A DNA stretch of 64,000 nt from Octopus sinensis (GCF_006345805.1 NC_043011.1:27478464-27542463), one strand, 5' to 3'. Numbered from the stretch's first letter, positions 1 to 13,670 are shown. Notes: generated from the sequence alone by a model not told the origin. Program-made: numbers and translations.

Positions 1-1032
1 AACGACGTAGTATCGTTGTATAGTTGTATAGGCGTCCTTATCAATACTATTTCTGAATGTATAATATATAGAAATTAATCAGATCTCTTTTATCCTTATT
101 TTAGTTGCGTAAATTTTTTCCTCTCATAATTGATCCGTTCCTTAAACAGATGTCATGGGAATTCTGATTTCGTCTGATGTACCTATTTTTTTTTATTCTT
201 GCTAAATTTGAGAAATATAATGAGCTAACATTTTGTGTAGCAAAATGAAAGTTTAGCATCAGTAAATATGTACAAACACGAATACGAATACAAGATTGAA
301 TGCTACATATATATGTACATATTCATAATTAGCGATCGATCGAGAGATGAATACACTTAGTTCAGTTGTGGCTTTAGAGATTGTTTTATAAAACTACAAC
401 CAAACTACACTATGCTGAAATAACACCTGGATGTTTCACAATTTCAACAAAGCACCGCACCACCTTAAATAGATTATTAGATACATAGCTAGAATAATAG
501 ATAAAACAAACAAATGTTAGTTCTTAGTGCACAACGCAGTCAGTATTTGAAACCTAAGACCAATCTAAATTCCTTTTGCTATATTTAGAAAAATTCTCTC
601 TGAAACTTTAGATAGATAGATGGCTAGGCAGACAGATAGACAGATAGTTAGATGGATTAAACAATAAGCATGCACACACGAACACGTGTGCAAAGATATA
701 GATGTATAAAAATTGACAAGAAGCTAAGATATAGATGTGCAGATACAAAAAGAGACAATATTTTATTCTTAGATAAATAGTGATAGAAATTGATGCTCAT
801 CTCTATGTACATCTGTATGTATGTATGACTGGTATTTCTGTCTTCGTAGAAAAAACTTTAACGACTTTGGTTCACTAAGACTTTATAAGATCGAAATATA
901 TGCATATTGTTACCATGCTTGTTAAAGGTGAGGGTATTCTTTCACTTCACTCATATCTAATTCTAATGATAAGGATTTTATTGATCCTCTGATGTCTGGG
1001 CGCCCTGAGCTGTTGAGAGCACTCCTTACTTT

Positions 1033-1297
1033 AAAAATAAAATAAATGCGCCCTTTTTAAAGCCTAGCCAGGCTCATGGGCCCGGTTTCCCGGTTTCTAT
1101 GGCGTATGTGTTCCCCAAATGGACGGGACGCCAGTCCATCGCAGCGTTACTCATTTTTTCCAGCTGAGTGGACTGGAGCAACATGAAATGAAGTGTTTTG
1201 CTCAAGAACACAACGCGTCGCGCGGTCGAGGAATCGAAACCACAATCTTACGATCATGGTGCTGACACCTTAAACACTAAGCCACGCGCCTCCACAT
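1033..1297 (-). mobile_element. tRNA-derived SINE (head A + tail 1)
   Basis: A/B-box-like head (tggcttagtgttt...ggtttcgattcc on minus), conserved central ccagtccactcagctg, 10-bp TSD tccttacttt at 1023-1032 and 1298-1307. Confidence 0.85.
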
Positions 1298-1539
1298 TCC
1301 TTACTTTGGGAAATTCATTTTAGTCGCCTTGTGTCGCTAGAACAAAAAAATTCGTAGTACGATTCCATGTCCGATACTATTTAATCAAAGAGTTCAAAAT
1401 TGTGCGCAAATGTAAATATTTTAAAAACATTTCTTTCATGAAATTAATAATTGGAAAATGCATGATCTCATAAAAATGAAACACAGACAGTTGTCAATAA
1501 ATTGTCATAGGAATTTAATAAATCTTTAGATCAAAAGAA

Positions 1540-1765
1540 GTGGAGACATATGGATCCATGATCGTAAGATTGTGATTTCGAATCCTAGACCGGACAAAAC
1601 GTTGCGCTCTTGCGTAAAACACTTCATTTCACGTTGCTCCAAATGATTCATCTGACAAAATTAAGTAATCCTGCGACGGGCCGCGTCCTGACCATTGGGG
1701 AGTATATACGCCACGGAAACCGGTAAATGGTCCTTTTTAGTCTACATGACTCGGGAAGGAGTTTT
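1540..1765 (+). mobile_element. degenerate SINE, head A family
   Basis: diverged match to the 1033-1297 SINE in the opposite orientation. Confidence 0.6.
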
Positions 1766-2575
1766 ATCCTATTTTCCTGTTTAAATCAAAACAGACTCCA
1801 AATGTCTATTGTTTGTTTGAAATGAATTTAATATAATTATGACCTCAAGAAATAGACGTTGACAAAATGTAATCGCACATTAATAAAATATCTAAAAGTA
1901 TTTGTTTATTACCGTAGACTTAAGAGTTGTTTGACAGAAGTGCATAAGTCGAAATTTCAGTTATCAAGTAGTGATCAAGTACATTTCCTTTCACCACCGT
2001 GTAATAAATTCTTTTATGTAGTTAGCGAAGTTTTTTTTCTCAGAACAAACGGCTCAATATTAATTAGAAATGAAATGCAGGAGTGAGTAAAAATCTGAAA
2101 GAGAAAAAAATGATTGATCGTAGGACGTATGAAATATTAAAAATGTTGTAGTGATGTGAAATATGAAGAATCTAAATTTCTAGATAGCCGGTGCGAGGAT
2201 AATAATAAAAACATGAAAAATAAAATTACAGCACTCAATAATTTATTATAGGAAATATCATAATCGAATGTAATGTCTTTAGGAAATAATGAGACACTAT
2301 AATACGCTTGTGAAATATTTAGAACACACCTTCCTTATGAGATACATTGAACAAAATCGTTCATATTCATAGGCAGCACCACTGCATCTCTTCTATTTCT
2401 CTAAATAATAATTACTTCTTAGTCTTAGCACATACTTTGTTGAGGAGGTCTAATATGACCGTGATACGTTTTTTTACTATCACCAGTTAGCTTTAACACT
2501 ATGATTCATCGCCATATACTTCAACATTGTATTTGAAATTTTTCATTTAGTTATTTTATTGGAGTTGTCAACCTT

Positions 2576-2969
2576 ACTCTTTTACTTGTTTCAGTCATTT
2601 GACTGTGGCCATGCTGGAGCAACGGCTTTAGTCGAGCAAATCGACCCCAGGACTTATTCTTTGTAAGCCTAATACTTATTCTGTCAGTCTCTTTTGCCAA
2701 ACCGCTAAGCTACGGGGACGTAAACACACCAGCATCGGTTGTCAAGTGACATTGGGGGGACAAACGCAGACACACAAACATATACACATACACATACATA
2801 TATACGACGGGCTTCTTTCAGTTTCCGTCTACCAAATCCTCTCACAAGGCTTTGGTCGGCCCGAGGCTATAGTAGAACACACTTGCCCAAGGTGCCACGC
2901 AGTGGGACTGAACCCGGAACCATGTGATTGGAAAGCAAGCTACTTACCACACAGCCACTCCTACTCCTA
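2576..2969 (-). mobile_element. SINE family B (CORE-like, internal microsatellite)
   Basis: head ggagtggctgtgtggtaag...ggttcagtccc, ccttgggcaagtg core, tail gactgaaacaagtaaaagag; same family at 8338, 25690, 47850. Confidence 0.85.
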
Positions 2970-3611
2970 CTATAAACCCTTCTGCTTTTTTTTTGTCTTA
3001 AATTTTCAGTACCCCGAAAAAGAATCATTTTTCACTAATTATTACATAAATAGTCTAATTGGAAGAGTTTTTTAGAACTTTACATATTTTTGGTACGACC
3101 TTATTTGAATTCAGTATGTAAAACATTCACCCGAGGTACTTTTTCCGCCATTTCGCAAACTGAGTCATATCTATCGTATCAAGTTTATTGAAGAAACCCT
3201 TCCATCCAAATTTCACATCCACTTTGTTAACCAATGGAAGGAACTTCTATGTGTTCATATAACCTACAGCAAATAGCAGCAACATCTTCATCAAATAACA
3301 CCCAACCTACTTTGAAACAAAAACTTAACAATTAGAAAATATCTGGAATAAGGATAAGCAATGTACGAAATAACATGGAATGGTCATGGTTAGAATATTT
3401 GATCATATATCAACTCAACTGGAGATAACATGGGGTCATGCGAGCTAAAGAGAGAGTTTCTACGTAGTCAGTGTTGTAGGCAAACAAATCTATGAATTCT
3501 CTGATTATGGTTTTGAATAAGCTTAATCGATACGTTAAATCATGTATTTCGTTTTTGGATTTGGTTTACAAGATTCTTTATGTGAATTCGTGTGTTGAAG
3601 CATATTCTGTT

Positions 3612-3827
3612 GCGTCTGGAGAGAGTCATTTTCTTTTTGTGCCTTATAATTTAACACACTCACCGGAAAAAATTCCCACTTATTTCTTCTTTTTATTTTC
3701 CTAAAATTTTCGTTGCGTCTTGCAACCTTTTTAATAGTCTTGAAAATTTTAGGAAAATAAAAATAAAAAATAAGTGGAAATTTTACCGGTGAGTGGCGCA
3801 AAAAGAAAATGACTCACCCCAGACACG
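3612..3827. mobile_element. fold-back MITE-like element
   Basis: about 90-bp imperfect inverted arms (gagtcattttctttttg...cactcaccgg...ttcctaaaattttc / gaaaattttaggaa...ccggtgagtg...caaaaagaaaatgactc). Confidence 0.6.
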
Positions 3828-3849
3828 TATTTCTTAAAAGGTTTGATTC

Positions 3850-4272
3850 ATGAGAGTTAACTGGAGACTCACCAACGTCATCTTCATCCTCATTTTAGTT
3901 TTCGTTCTCCTCGTCGTGGTCGTCGTCATCGTCGTCGTTGTCAACGCTATCGTCGTCATCGTCGTCTTGGTCGCCCTCGTCATCGTCATCATGACCATCA
4001 TCGTCATCATCGTAGTCATCGTTGTCGTCGTTATCGTCATCGTCATCAGCTTCCTCATCTTATTGCTTGTTCTTTTCCTCCTCCTCCTCCTCCTCCTCCA
4101 TCCCTCCCTCCTTCCTCCTCTATCTCCCCTCCTCCTCCTCCACATCCCTCCCACCATCCTTCCTCCACTCCCTCCTTCCTCCACTCCCTCCTTCCTCCAC
4201 TCTCTCCTCTATCTCCCACCTCAACCACCTCCCTCCTCCATTTCACCATCATCATCATCATCATCATCATTA
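3850..4272. repeat. compound (GTC)n/(CAT)n/(CCT)n low-complexity tract
   Basis: trinucleotide runs seen directly; explains the long ORFs in the track. Confidence 0.9.
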
Positions 4273-4771
4273 TCAAAAATAACAACAAATCACAACTTCA
4301 AAAATCAGTTCAGCAAAAAGCTTTATAGAATGTTCACATACAATTTATCATTTCCATATAAAAATGCGCGGCTGTGTCCTGCAGTAGAGGACTCTATCGC
4401 ACATCCTTTATTACAGACTTGTAAATCGTACTTTATTGTTCGTCCAGCTACATTTGTCTCATTGGTGCATTTGATTAAACGGACCCAGGGCTATACAACA
4501 ACAATAACTATAAAATTAACTTTGAAGAATTGTTTTCAAGAGGACATGAATATATTTCAGAAATGGTTCAATTCAACTTTCAATGATTTTCACTTAGATC
4601 CTTCAATTATGTGTGTGTGTGTGTGTGTGTGTGTATTTGTATCTATTTATCTTTATATATGTATTTGTACTTGTTTGTATCTGCCCCCGTCTACCCCACA
4701 CACATATGCAGCTTGACAACCAAAATTAGCGTTCCAGGAAGGTGATGATAGAAAAAATAGTTGATAGAATA

Positions 4772-5167
4772 AAGGCGGCCAGCTGGCAGAAACGTTAGCG
4801 ATATTTCGTCTGCCGTTACGTTCTGAGTTTAAATTCCGCCGAGGTTGACTTTACTTTTCAGCCTTTCGGAGTCGATAAATTAAGTACCAGTTACGCACTG
4901 GGGTCGATGTAATCGACTTAATCCGTTTGTCTGTCCTTGTTTGTCCCCTCTGTGTTTAGCCCCTTCTGGGTAGTAACGAAATATGTATTTCGTCTGCAGT
5001 TATGTTCTGAGTTCAAATTCCGCCGAGGTCAACTTTGCTTTTCCTCCTTTCGGAGTCGATCAAATAAAGTACCAGTTACGCACTGGGGTCGATGTAATTG
5101 ACTTAATCCGTTTGTCTGTCCTTGTTTTCCCCTCTATGTTTAGCCCCTTGTGGGCAATAAAGAAATA
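4772..5167 (+). mobile_element. SINE family C, dimeric body
   Basis: head ggcggccagctggcagaaacgttagc, B-box gagtttaaattcc, two body units joined at gaaata|tgtatttc (4978-4991). Confidence 0.85.
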
Positions 5168-5713
5168 ATAATAAATCGTTGCCATCGACATTAATTCGTA
5201 TCTGAGTAGTTAATGTGTCACGGATGATTGTGCCTCTTCATCCTGATGGTTGCGATGAGTGCAAGTGCTTAAAGAGGCTGTTCAGGCCAAGGGTGGTATA
5301 GAAGGGTAGGTCGGCGGGGGACGAGGAAGTGCGTGTCGATCCTTTCGTCTTTGACGTCTCATCTCTGCATCTTGATGCTGTTGTTTTCCATCTTCTCCGT
5401 TTCCTTGATGACGACATGCTACCACTTTCGACGATATATTAACTACTATTACGGAAACAAGTAAAAGATAATCCGAAAATTGTAGTATAACAATCCTAGA
5501 GAGCAGAGTTCACGATTCGGCTTTGGTTTCGGTTTTAAAAGATTTCAGATGAAATACGCTAATAAAACCGTTGAAAATTACACACCACAAAACATCCTTC
5601 TTTCTCTAACCAATTCTTGGCTTTGTTCCAAGTAGTAAGAAATCAATTTTGAAATCTTGGTAAGCTGAAAGTAGATTTTTTTTCCTTCCTAATTTAAACT
5701 ACTATATTTTTGA

Positions 5714-6026
5714 TTTTTTTTTATGCGCCCTTTTCAAGCCTAGCCAGGCTCGTGGGCCCGGTTTCCCGGTTTCTGTGGCGTATGTGTTACCCCCAGCTGG
5801 ACGGGACGCCAGTCCATCGCAGCGTTACTCAAGAAACAGAAAGAAAGAGTGAGAGAAAGTTGGGGCGAAAGAGTACAACAGGGGTCGCCACCACCCCCTG
5901 CCGGAGCCTCGTGGAGCTTTACGTGTTTTCGCTCAATAAACACACACAACGCCCGGTCTGGGAATCGAAACCGCGATCCTCCGACCGCGAGTTCGCTACC
6001 CTAACCACTGGGCCGTTGCGCCTCCA
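5714..6026 (-). mobile_element. SINE (head D + tail 1)
   Basis: head tggaggcgcaacggcccagtggttagg; tail shared with the 1033 SINE. Confidence 0.85.
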
Positions 6027-6482
6027 TTATTTTTAATTATATAACTAATACATTCGGAGGACATAAGAATGTTAGATTTCTATTAGTACCCCACCCTCTC
6101 CAGCCTAGAAGTTTGAAGTCTTTGTGTCTGGTGAAAGAATATCGAGATTTTAAAATAATTTCCAAGTTTACATTTTTAATATTGATTTTGAATATTGACA
6201 GCTGATAAATTTATAAGCGAAGGTCTATAATTAATTAAATAACTCATTTTATTTATATAATTTGCAAAAAATGGCGAACTGATACAATCATTAGTCAATC
6301 AGAAAAATATTTTTTGCTGTTTCCTCTGGTTTTTTACGTTCTAAGTTCAAATCCCACCCAGGTCAGCTTTGAGTTTCAGCCCTCCGGGTTCGATGAAATG
6401 GCGTTTCAGTAAAGTTGATATCGACTAGCGCACTCGACCCTTCAAAACTGATGGATTTGTGCCTAAATCAGAAACAATGATG

Positions 6483-7292
6483 CAGGTGTTGGACAAAATA
6501 TTGGAAAGACTTAACGTCATTGCATCATAATTTTGAAATTTCTATAAAACCATCAAAAGCTTGTTCGTTTTGATGTTCATTTGATTTATTATTAGTGTTG
6601 CTTAATATGTTTTGCTAAAATTGCTGTTTTGTTTTAGATATCATCAGAGAAAGGTAATTAAAATTCATTAAAATGACACATCTAACGTACTTTCAAACAG
6701 GTCAAATTGTTGGTGCTTGTATGGCTGGCGCTAGCGTAACGAAAACAGCCGAAATGCTTGGTGTATCAAGAAGTACGTCGAAACAAAACTCCGGAAGAAA
6801 ACCAAAATCAGCCGGCCCAATGGTTTCCGCAACGATAGTCAAGACTATTTAAGCATTTTATCTGATCAAATTCATCCTATCGTTGCGGAATTGTTTCCGG
6901 AGGGAAACACAATCTTTCAGGATGATAATGCTCCACAATCTTTCAGGATGATAATGCTAAAATTGTTACTGAATGGCACGAGAAACATTCTAGTGAAGTT
7001 GAACATCTCATCTGGCCACCACAGTCCTCAGATCTCAATATTATTGAACATTTATGGTTCATTTTAGAAAAACACGTAAGGAGTCGATATCCTCCACCAT
7101 CAAAAATAAAAGAACTGGAGACAGTTTTAGCTGAAGAATGGACAAAAAATCCTTTGGAAACAATTCAAAATCTATACGAGTCCATACCTCGTAGAATTTA
7201 TGCTGTAATTACTGCCAAAGGCGGTCTTAACCTACATTAAAATAAATTTGTTTAAAATTTTAAAGTGTTTCCGTTATTTTGTTCAACCCCTG
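6483..7292 (+). mobile_element. Tc1/mariner transposon, internally deleted
   Basis: about 30-bp TIRs (caggtgttggacaaaata / tattttgttcaacccctg), TA at 7293; translates to QIVGACMAGASVTKTAEMLGVSRST and FQDDNAP...WPPQSSDLNIIEHLW. Confidence 0.9.
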
Positions 7293-7550
7293 TACGATTT
7301 CCATCGTTTTGAATTCAGCACGTAGATACAAAGAAAAATCTCCATCACCTTTCTATGCCGACGCTCTACTATTTCCCCCACTGTACTTAACATTCTAAAT
7401 TTCATACTCGGTTGAATAGAAACAAGGTTGTGCATCGGTATAATACCGGAGAAAATATATCGTCTTTGTTATGTGTACGATTCATTTTATTTCGCATTTA
7501 AATCCTGTTCAGGTAATTTCGCTTTTCATTATATGAGTATCCCTAAAAGT

Positions 7551-7916
7551 GTGGAGGCGCAATGGCCCAGTGATTAGGGCAGCGAACTCGTGGGATCGTG
7601 GTTTCGATTCCCAGACCGGGCGTTGTGAGTGTTTATTGAGCGAAAACACCTAAAGCTCCACGATGGTGGTGATCCTTGCTGTACTCTTTCACCACAACTT
7701 TCTCTCGCTCTTACTTCCTGTTTCTGTTGTACCTGTATTTCAAAGGGCCGGCCTTGTCACTCTCTGTGTCACACTGAATATCCCCGAGAACTACGTTAAG
7801 GGTACACGTGTCTGTGGAGTGCTCAGCCACTTACACGTTAATTTCACGAGCTGGCTGTTCCGTTGATCGGATCAACCGGAACCCTCGTCGTCGTAACCGA
7901 CGGAGTGCTTCCATCC
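7551..7916 (+). mobile_element. SINE (head D + tail 3)
   Basis: 12-bp TSD atccctaaaagt at 7539-7550 and 7917-7928; 3' hairpin gttccgttgatc/gatcaaccggaac. Confidence 0.9.
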
Positions 7917-8021
7917 ATCCCTAAAAGTAGTTCTACGAAAACAATCGAAGTCTATTGGAGCAATCATCTTTTTCTTAAGAGTAAAAAAATGCTACTGGTA
8001 GCGTTGAGAAAAAATATTAGT

Positions 8022-8231
8022 TTCAAATTTTGACACAAGGCCAGCAATTTCGAGGGGGATGGGTAGGTCGGTTACATCATCCCCAGTGTTCAGATGGTCT
8101 TATTTTATTGACCGTGAAATGATGAAAGGTGAAGTCAACCTCGGCGGAATTTGAACTCAAAACATGAAGATAGATAAAATGTGGTTGAGCATTTTTCCTG
8201 CATGCTAACGATTCCGCCAACTCGTTGCCTT
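8022..8231 (-). mobile_element. SINE family E (C-related body, short tail)
   Basis: gagttcaaattccgccgagg B-box; ccttgtgtcaaaatttgaaac tail. Confidence 0.75.
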
Positions 8232-8337
8232 AGTCTGAGAAAAAAGTAATCTTAACAGGAATTATTTTTTGAATTTGATATTCATTCAAATTAAACAGTC
8301 CATTTATGAAAGGCAAAGCTGTTTTCCCTCTAAGACA

Positions 8338-8510
8338 TAGGCGTAGGAGTGGCTGTGTGGTAAGTAGCTTGCTTCTCAATCACATGATTCCGGGTTCAGT
8401 CCCAGTGAGTGGCACATTGGGCAAGCGTCTTCTACTATAGCCTCGGGCCGACCAAAGCCTTGTGAGAGGATTTGGTAGACGGAAACTGAAAGAAGCCCGT
8501 CGCATATATG

Positions 8511-8604
<94 letters not shown>

Positions 8605-8832
8605 TTGTGTGTGTATGTTTGTGTCTGTGTTTGTACCCTCCCCCTCGACATCGCTTGACAACCGATGCTGGTGTGTTTACGTCCTCGTAACTTAACGGTT
8701 TGGCAAAAGAGACCGATAGAATAAGTACTAGGCTTACAAAAAATAAGTCCTGGGGTCGATTTGCTTGACTAAAGGCGGTGCTCCAGCATGGCCACAGTCA
8801 AATGACTGAAACAAGTAAAAGAGCAAAAGAGT
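8338..8832 (+). mobile_element. SINE family B with expanded internal (TA)n
   Basis: full head to gtaaaagag tail. Confidence 0.85.
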
Positions 8833-9041
8833 AAGATTACTGTTAAGACGGTGATCAATTAATAAAAAAACGGTAGGAATTGCTTTAGTTTACGGTGTTC
8901 AAAACCTATGTGTCATCCTATAGCTTCCATACACCCGAGGTGAATACGATGAGTATTTCTAAAACACTGGCTTTGGTAATATCCCCTCATCTCGCGAGAA
9001 GAACGATTTCTTTAAGAAGTGGATCAATACGTTTATAGTTG

Positions 9042-9491
9042 ACTAGCAGCATAGCCTGACGTTGCCCGGGTATGTAAGAGACCCTAGTAGGCAACGACTA
9101 ATCCCAATCTAGTCCTTTCCCTCTAGGGAACGAAGGCGCATGTGTAGGTTGCAATGTCTTCACTTCACTCGAATACTTCTGTGTATATGATGTTCCTAGC
9201 TGTCCCTGTGGGCGATAAAAAGGTCGAGTTGTGTCCCCTAGACAGAAAATGTGTTGCATATAAAAAGCTTAGATTCTCGACCCCATGTCGAATTTATCGA
9301 TATTTTTCAGAACTGGGGGAACTTTTCAAAATTTTCACTGCGTTAGTTTTGAATTATGACATTGGGCTATGTGTGTGTCAAGTTTCATCAGAATCGGTTG
9401 AAAGCCGTGGTCAGGGTGAGGGTACAACCTGACAGACACACAGACACACAGACACACAGACAGACAAACTGCCGTTTATATAGAGAGAGAT
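9042..9491 (+). mobile_element. non-autonomous Helitron-like element
   Basis: 5' actagcag...cgttgcccggg; subterminal aagtttcatcagaatcgg; (CAGA)n then gccgtttatatagagagat 3' end; no TIR or TSD. Confidence 0.55.
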
Positions 9492-10681
9492 CACTTCCAT
9501 CACACACAGTTACTCACTCACTCAGTCTCTCTCGTGCGCACACACACACACGCACAATTTATGACAAAATACGAGCATTACGTTGAAACGTCTATTTTTG
9601 CAAGTAGGTAATAGCAGATGTTGAAGGACTACAGAAAATGATAGGTAATAAATACCAAGCTATAAGGCACAAACTATTTGCCTGGAAGAAAAGACATTAG
9701 TGTTGCAATGATTGAGTTTTTTATGCGTAAGATAATGTCTCACTAGCAAAATCCGTGGTAATTCCACGAATTTCGAAGCAAATAATAACTATATTATAAC
9801 AACGGTTTCAGTTTATACTTTCCTTCCAAAAATATAGTCAACTGTATCCGAGGGCCCCCAGTTAAACAAACTTAACGAATCTTCCTTAGAAGCTTTCCTT
9901 TAAAATACACATAGGAATAAAACTACCGAAAGAAACTTGTTCAGTTTATCCCATTAATATTTTTTCCCTATTAAAACTTTAAAAGTGTTATTTTCTCGTA
10001 CTAGGGGACCAGACTGGCAAAAAATTTAAGGCATCGGAAAAAAATGCTTTGCGATATTTAATCTGGACCTTTAAATTTTGAGCTGAAATTTTGCCGTGGT
10101 CAACTTTGCATTTTACTCCTATGGGATCAATAAAAAAAATCAAGTACCATCAACCAAATGAAGTTGTAGAAATCGAATGGCCACGTCTTATGTAATCTGC
10201 TGACCTTGCGAATAATCAGAAATATCTACTTCAAATTGATTTCTCTTACTATCATATTTGTAATACTTTCTTACATCTCTTTGCTAGTAAATTGTATTCC
10301 CTGGCCTATATATTTAATTTAAAGGAATTAATACTTTTCCTTTCATATGCATATAAACATTTTGTGAGTAAACTGTTTTGTTTTTGGAATGGCATTCGTG
10401 GTGCGTGGTACGAAAGGTAGATACGATAGTACAGTATATAACCCACAGCTTATATCGACGAAATGGCAGAATCGTTAGCATGTCAGAAAGTCTGTCTCAT
10501 GTTAATTATTCTTGAAGTTTATGATCTGTACTCAGATCTTTCCTAGACAAATATATAAAATATTTTTATACGAGCACAGAGTTTCTCTTTCCAAATAGAT
10601 ACTTCTAGAGCATGGCACCGAACTGTAAATAGAGGGTGTTGTATTAATATATATATAAAATATGAGATATAAAGGTAAAGT

Positions 10682-10911
10682 TAGCTTCTCGACTCATAAG
10701 GGCCAGTTTTTCGGTTTCATTGCGTATATATTCCCTGGGCGGGACGCCGGTTCGTCGCGGAATTATTCATTTTTGCCAGCAGCTGAGTGGACTGGAACAA
10801 CGTGAAATGAAGTGCTTTGCTTAAGAACACAACGCGTCTCACTGTTCAGGAGTCAAAACCACAATCTTACAATCATGAGGCCAACGCCCTAACCACTAAG
10901 CCACGCGCCTC
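10682..10911 (-). mobile_element. SINE (head A + tail 1 variant)
   Basis: match to the 1033 SINE. Confidence 0.8.
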
Positions 10912-11229
10912 TAAAATCTGAGGTGTCTTGTAACTCACTATGAAAGCTGCCTTTTACTTCATCTTCCATGTCTCGTAGCAAGACGAGAATCGCCATGTCT
11001 GTTTATTAATTTATTTTCGAAACAAAATGAAAATTTTCTTTTTGAAATTGCTACATCCCAAGGGGCACAAACAAACAAGACCTATGCAATGATGACGGTT
11101 TTATCAAGCATTTTGCAATAAAACAAACAGTTAACTTTTGAAAACAAAATTTAAAACAAACTTACGTGGGAGAAGACAGTATACTCCTAGTACGAATAAT
11201 GAACGGCTACCGCAAGAGCAGCCATTTTT

Positions 11230-11868
11230 GAGGGAGAAGACTAGTCAATTACATCGACTTCAGTGTCGTCTGAAGACAGACGAAATACCTATTTCTTTAC
11301 TACCCACAAGGGGCTAAACACTAAGAGGACAAACAAGGACAGACAAACGGATTAAGTCGATTATATCGACCCCAGTGCGTAACTGGTACTTATTTAATCG
11401 ACCCCGAATGGATGAAAGATAAAGTCGACCTCGGCGGAATTTGAACTCAGAACGTAGCGGCAGACGAAATTCCTATTTCTTTACTACCCACAAGGGGCTA
11501 AACACAGAGAGGACAAACACGCGGATTAAGTCGATTATATCAACCCCTGTGCGTAACTGGTACTTATTTAATCGACCCCGAAAGGATGAAAGGCAAAGTC
11601 GACCTCGCCGGAATTTGAACTCAGAACGTAGCGGCAGACGAAATTCCTATTTCTTTACTACCCACAAGGGGCTAAAAACAGAGAGGACAAACAAGCGGAT
11701 TAAGTCGATTATATCAACCCCTGTCCGTAACTAGTACTTATTTAATCGACCCCGAAAGGATAAAAGGCAAAGTCGACCTCGGCGGAATTTGAACTCAGAA
11801 CGTAGCAGCAGACGAAATACCGCTAAGCATATCACCCAGCGTGCTAACGATTCAGCTAGGTTGCCGCC
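11230..11868 (-). mobile_element. SINE family C, tandem array of at least 3 body units
   Basis: units of 184, 174 and 174 bp, junctions at 11290, 11474, 11648; single head at the right end. Confidence 0.9.
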
Positions 11869-11998
11869 ATGCTCCAGAAATATTTATTTGGAAAGAGAAA
11901 AAACTTTGCTTGCATAAAAAAAAATGCTTATATATTTGTCTGGGAAAGATCTGAGTACAGATCAAAAACTTCAAGAACAATAATATATGCTGCTTCTG

Positions 11999-12066
<68 letters not shown>

Positions 12067-12085
12067 GATGATGATGATGATGATG

Positions 12086-12133
<48 letters not shown>
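11999..12133. repeat. (AAT)n-(GAT)n-(TAT)n compound microsatellite
   Basis: seen directly. Confidence 0.95.
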
Positions 12134-12134
<1 letters not shown>

Positions 12135-12137
12135 TGT

Positions 12138-12474
12138 GTGAAGGCACATGGCTCAGTGGTTAGAGCGTCGAGCTTACGATCGTGAGGATGCGAGTTCGAA
12201 TCTCGGACCCGACTGTGTGTTGTGTTCTTGAGCATGACACTTTATTTTACGTTGCTCCAGTTCACTCAGCTGTAGAAATGAGTTGCGACGTCACGGGTGC
12301 CAAGCTGTATCAGCTTTTGCCTTTCCCTTGGATAACATTGGTGGCGTGGAGAGGGGAGGCCGGTTTGCACGGGCGACTGCTGGTCTTCCATAAACAACCA
12401 TGCCCAGGCTTGTGCCTGGGAGGGTAACTTTCTAGGTACAATCCCACGGTCAGTCATGACCGAAGGAAGGTCTC
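12138..12474 (+). mobile_element. SINE (head A + tail 2)
   Basis: head ggcacatggctcagtggttagagc; tail ggtgccaagctgtatc...catgaccgaagg. Confidence 0.85.
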
Positions 12475-12514
12475 AACTATAATAATAATAACAATAATAA
12501 TAATAATAATAATA

Positions 12515-12727
12515 ATCCCTCCTATTATAGTCACAAGGCATGATTTCTTTTTGGGTGAAGAGTAAGTCGATTACATTGATCCTAGTGCTCAACTGGTTCT
12601 TATTTTATCGATCCGGAGGGACGAAAGACAAAGTCGACATTGGCGGCATTTGATCTCAGAACACGAAGACAGATGAAATACTGTTAAGCATTTCGTCCGT
12701 CGAGATACCGATTCTATCAGCTCACCG
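12515..12727 (-). mobile_element. SINE family E
   Basis: diverged match to the 8022 copy. Confidence 0.7.
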
Positions 12728-13311
12728 CTTTCCATGATAATAATAATAAGAAGAAGAACAACAAGAAAAATGAGGATGGTGATGAAGATGATAATGAAGA
12801 TGATGATGATCATTACTGGAACGATTTAATCAGACACATTCTCCACAAAATTCATAAATTTGTGTGGGCCGTAGAAATCTGTATTATTATAAACATATTC
12901 TGTCTCATTGTATTAAGTTGACAATCTAAAATCTTAATGACCACATAATAATAGCGAAAAACAGAAATATTAAACACAAAATATTATTCCTTGAAGCATT
13001 TGTTGTTGATTCCATTTACATGGCCAGATGTGCTTACTTCTCATAAACTTAGAAAAAGGCGTGTGTTATATGTCAATTAGTTAGATATAACAAAGAATTT
13101 TCAATGTGCAAGATGGTTCACATTATTAATTTATTGTGAGTATATACGTATGCACAAACAACAACGTATCTAAATTTGAATGTATTTTCAATGTGTTTTC
13201 CGTTCGTCTGTGTATTTGAACTCAGTGATAAAATCTACAGACGGAGAAGAACATACTACCATCATGTTTTTAATGAGGAAATTAACCTCTCTGTCTATGT
13301 ATCTACCCTCT

Positions 13312-13670
<359 letters not shown>

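Noticed and set aside
3834-4716. 288-aa and overlapping ORFs
   Set aside because: Translations of trinucleotide low-complexity DNA (poly-V/I/L/P/S); no domain.
8376-8695. Poly-IY/YI ORFs here and at many other loci
   Set aside because: (TA)n and (CA)n translations inside SINEs.
12138-12215. tRNA-like sequence
   Set aside because: SINE head continuing into core and tail; no complete cloverleaf.
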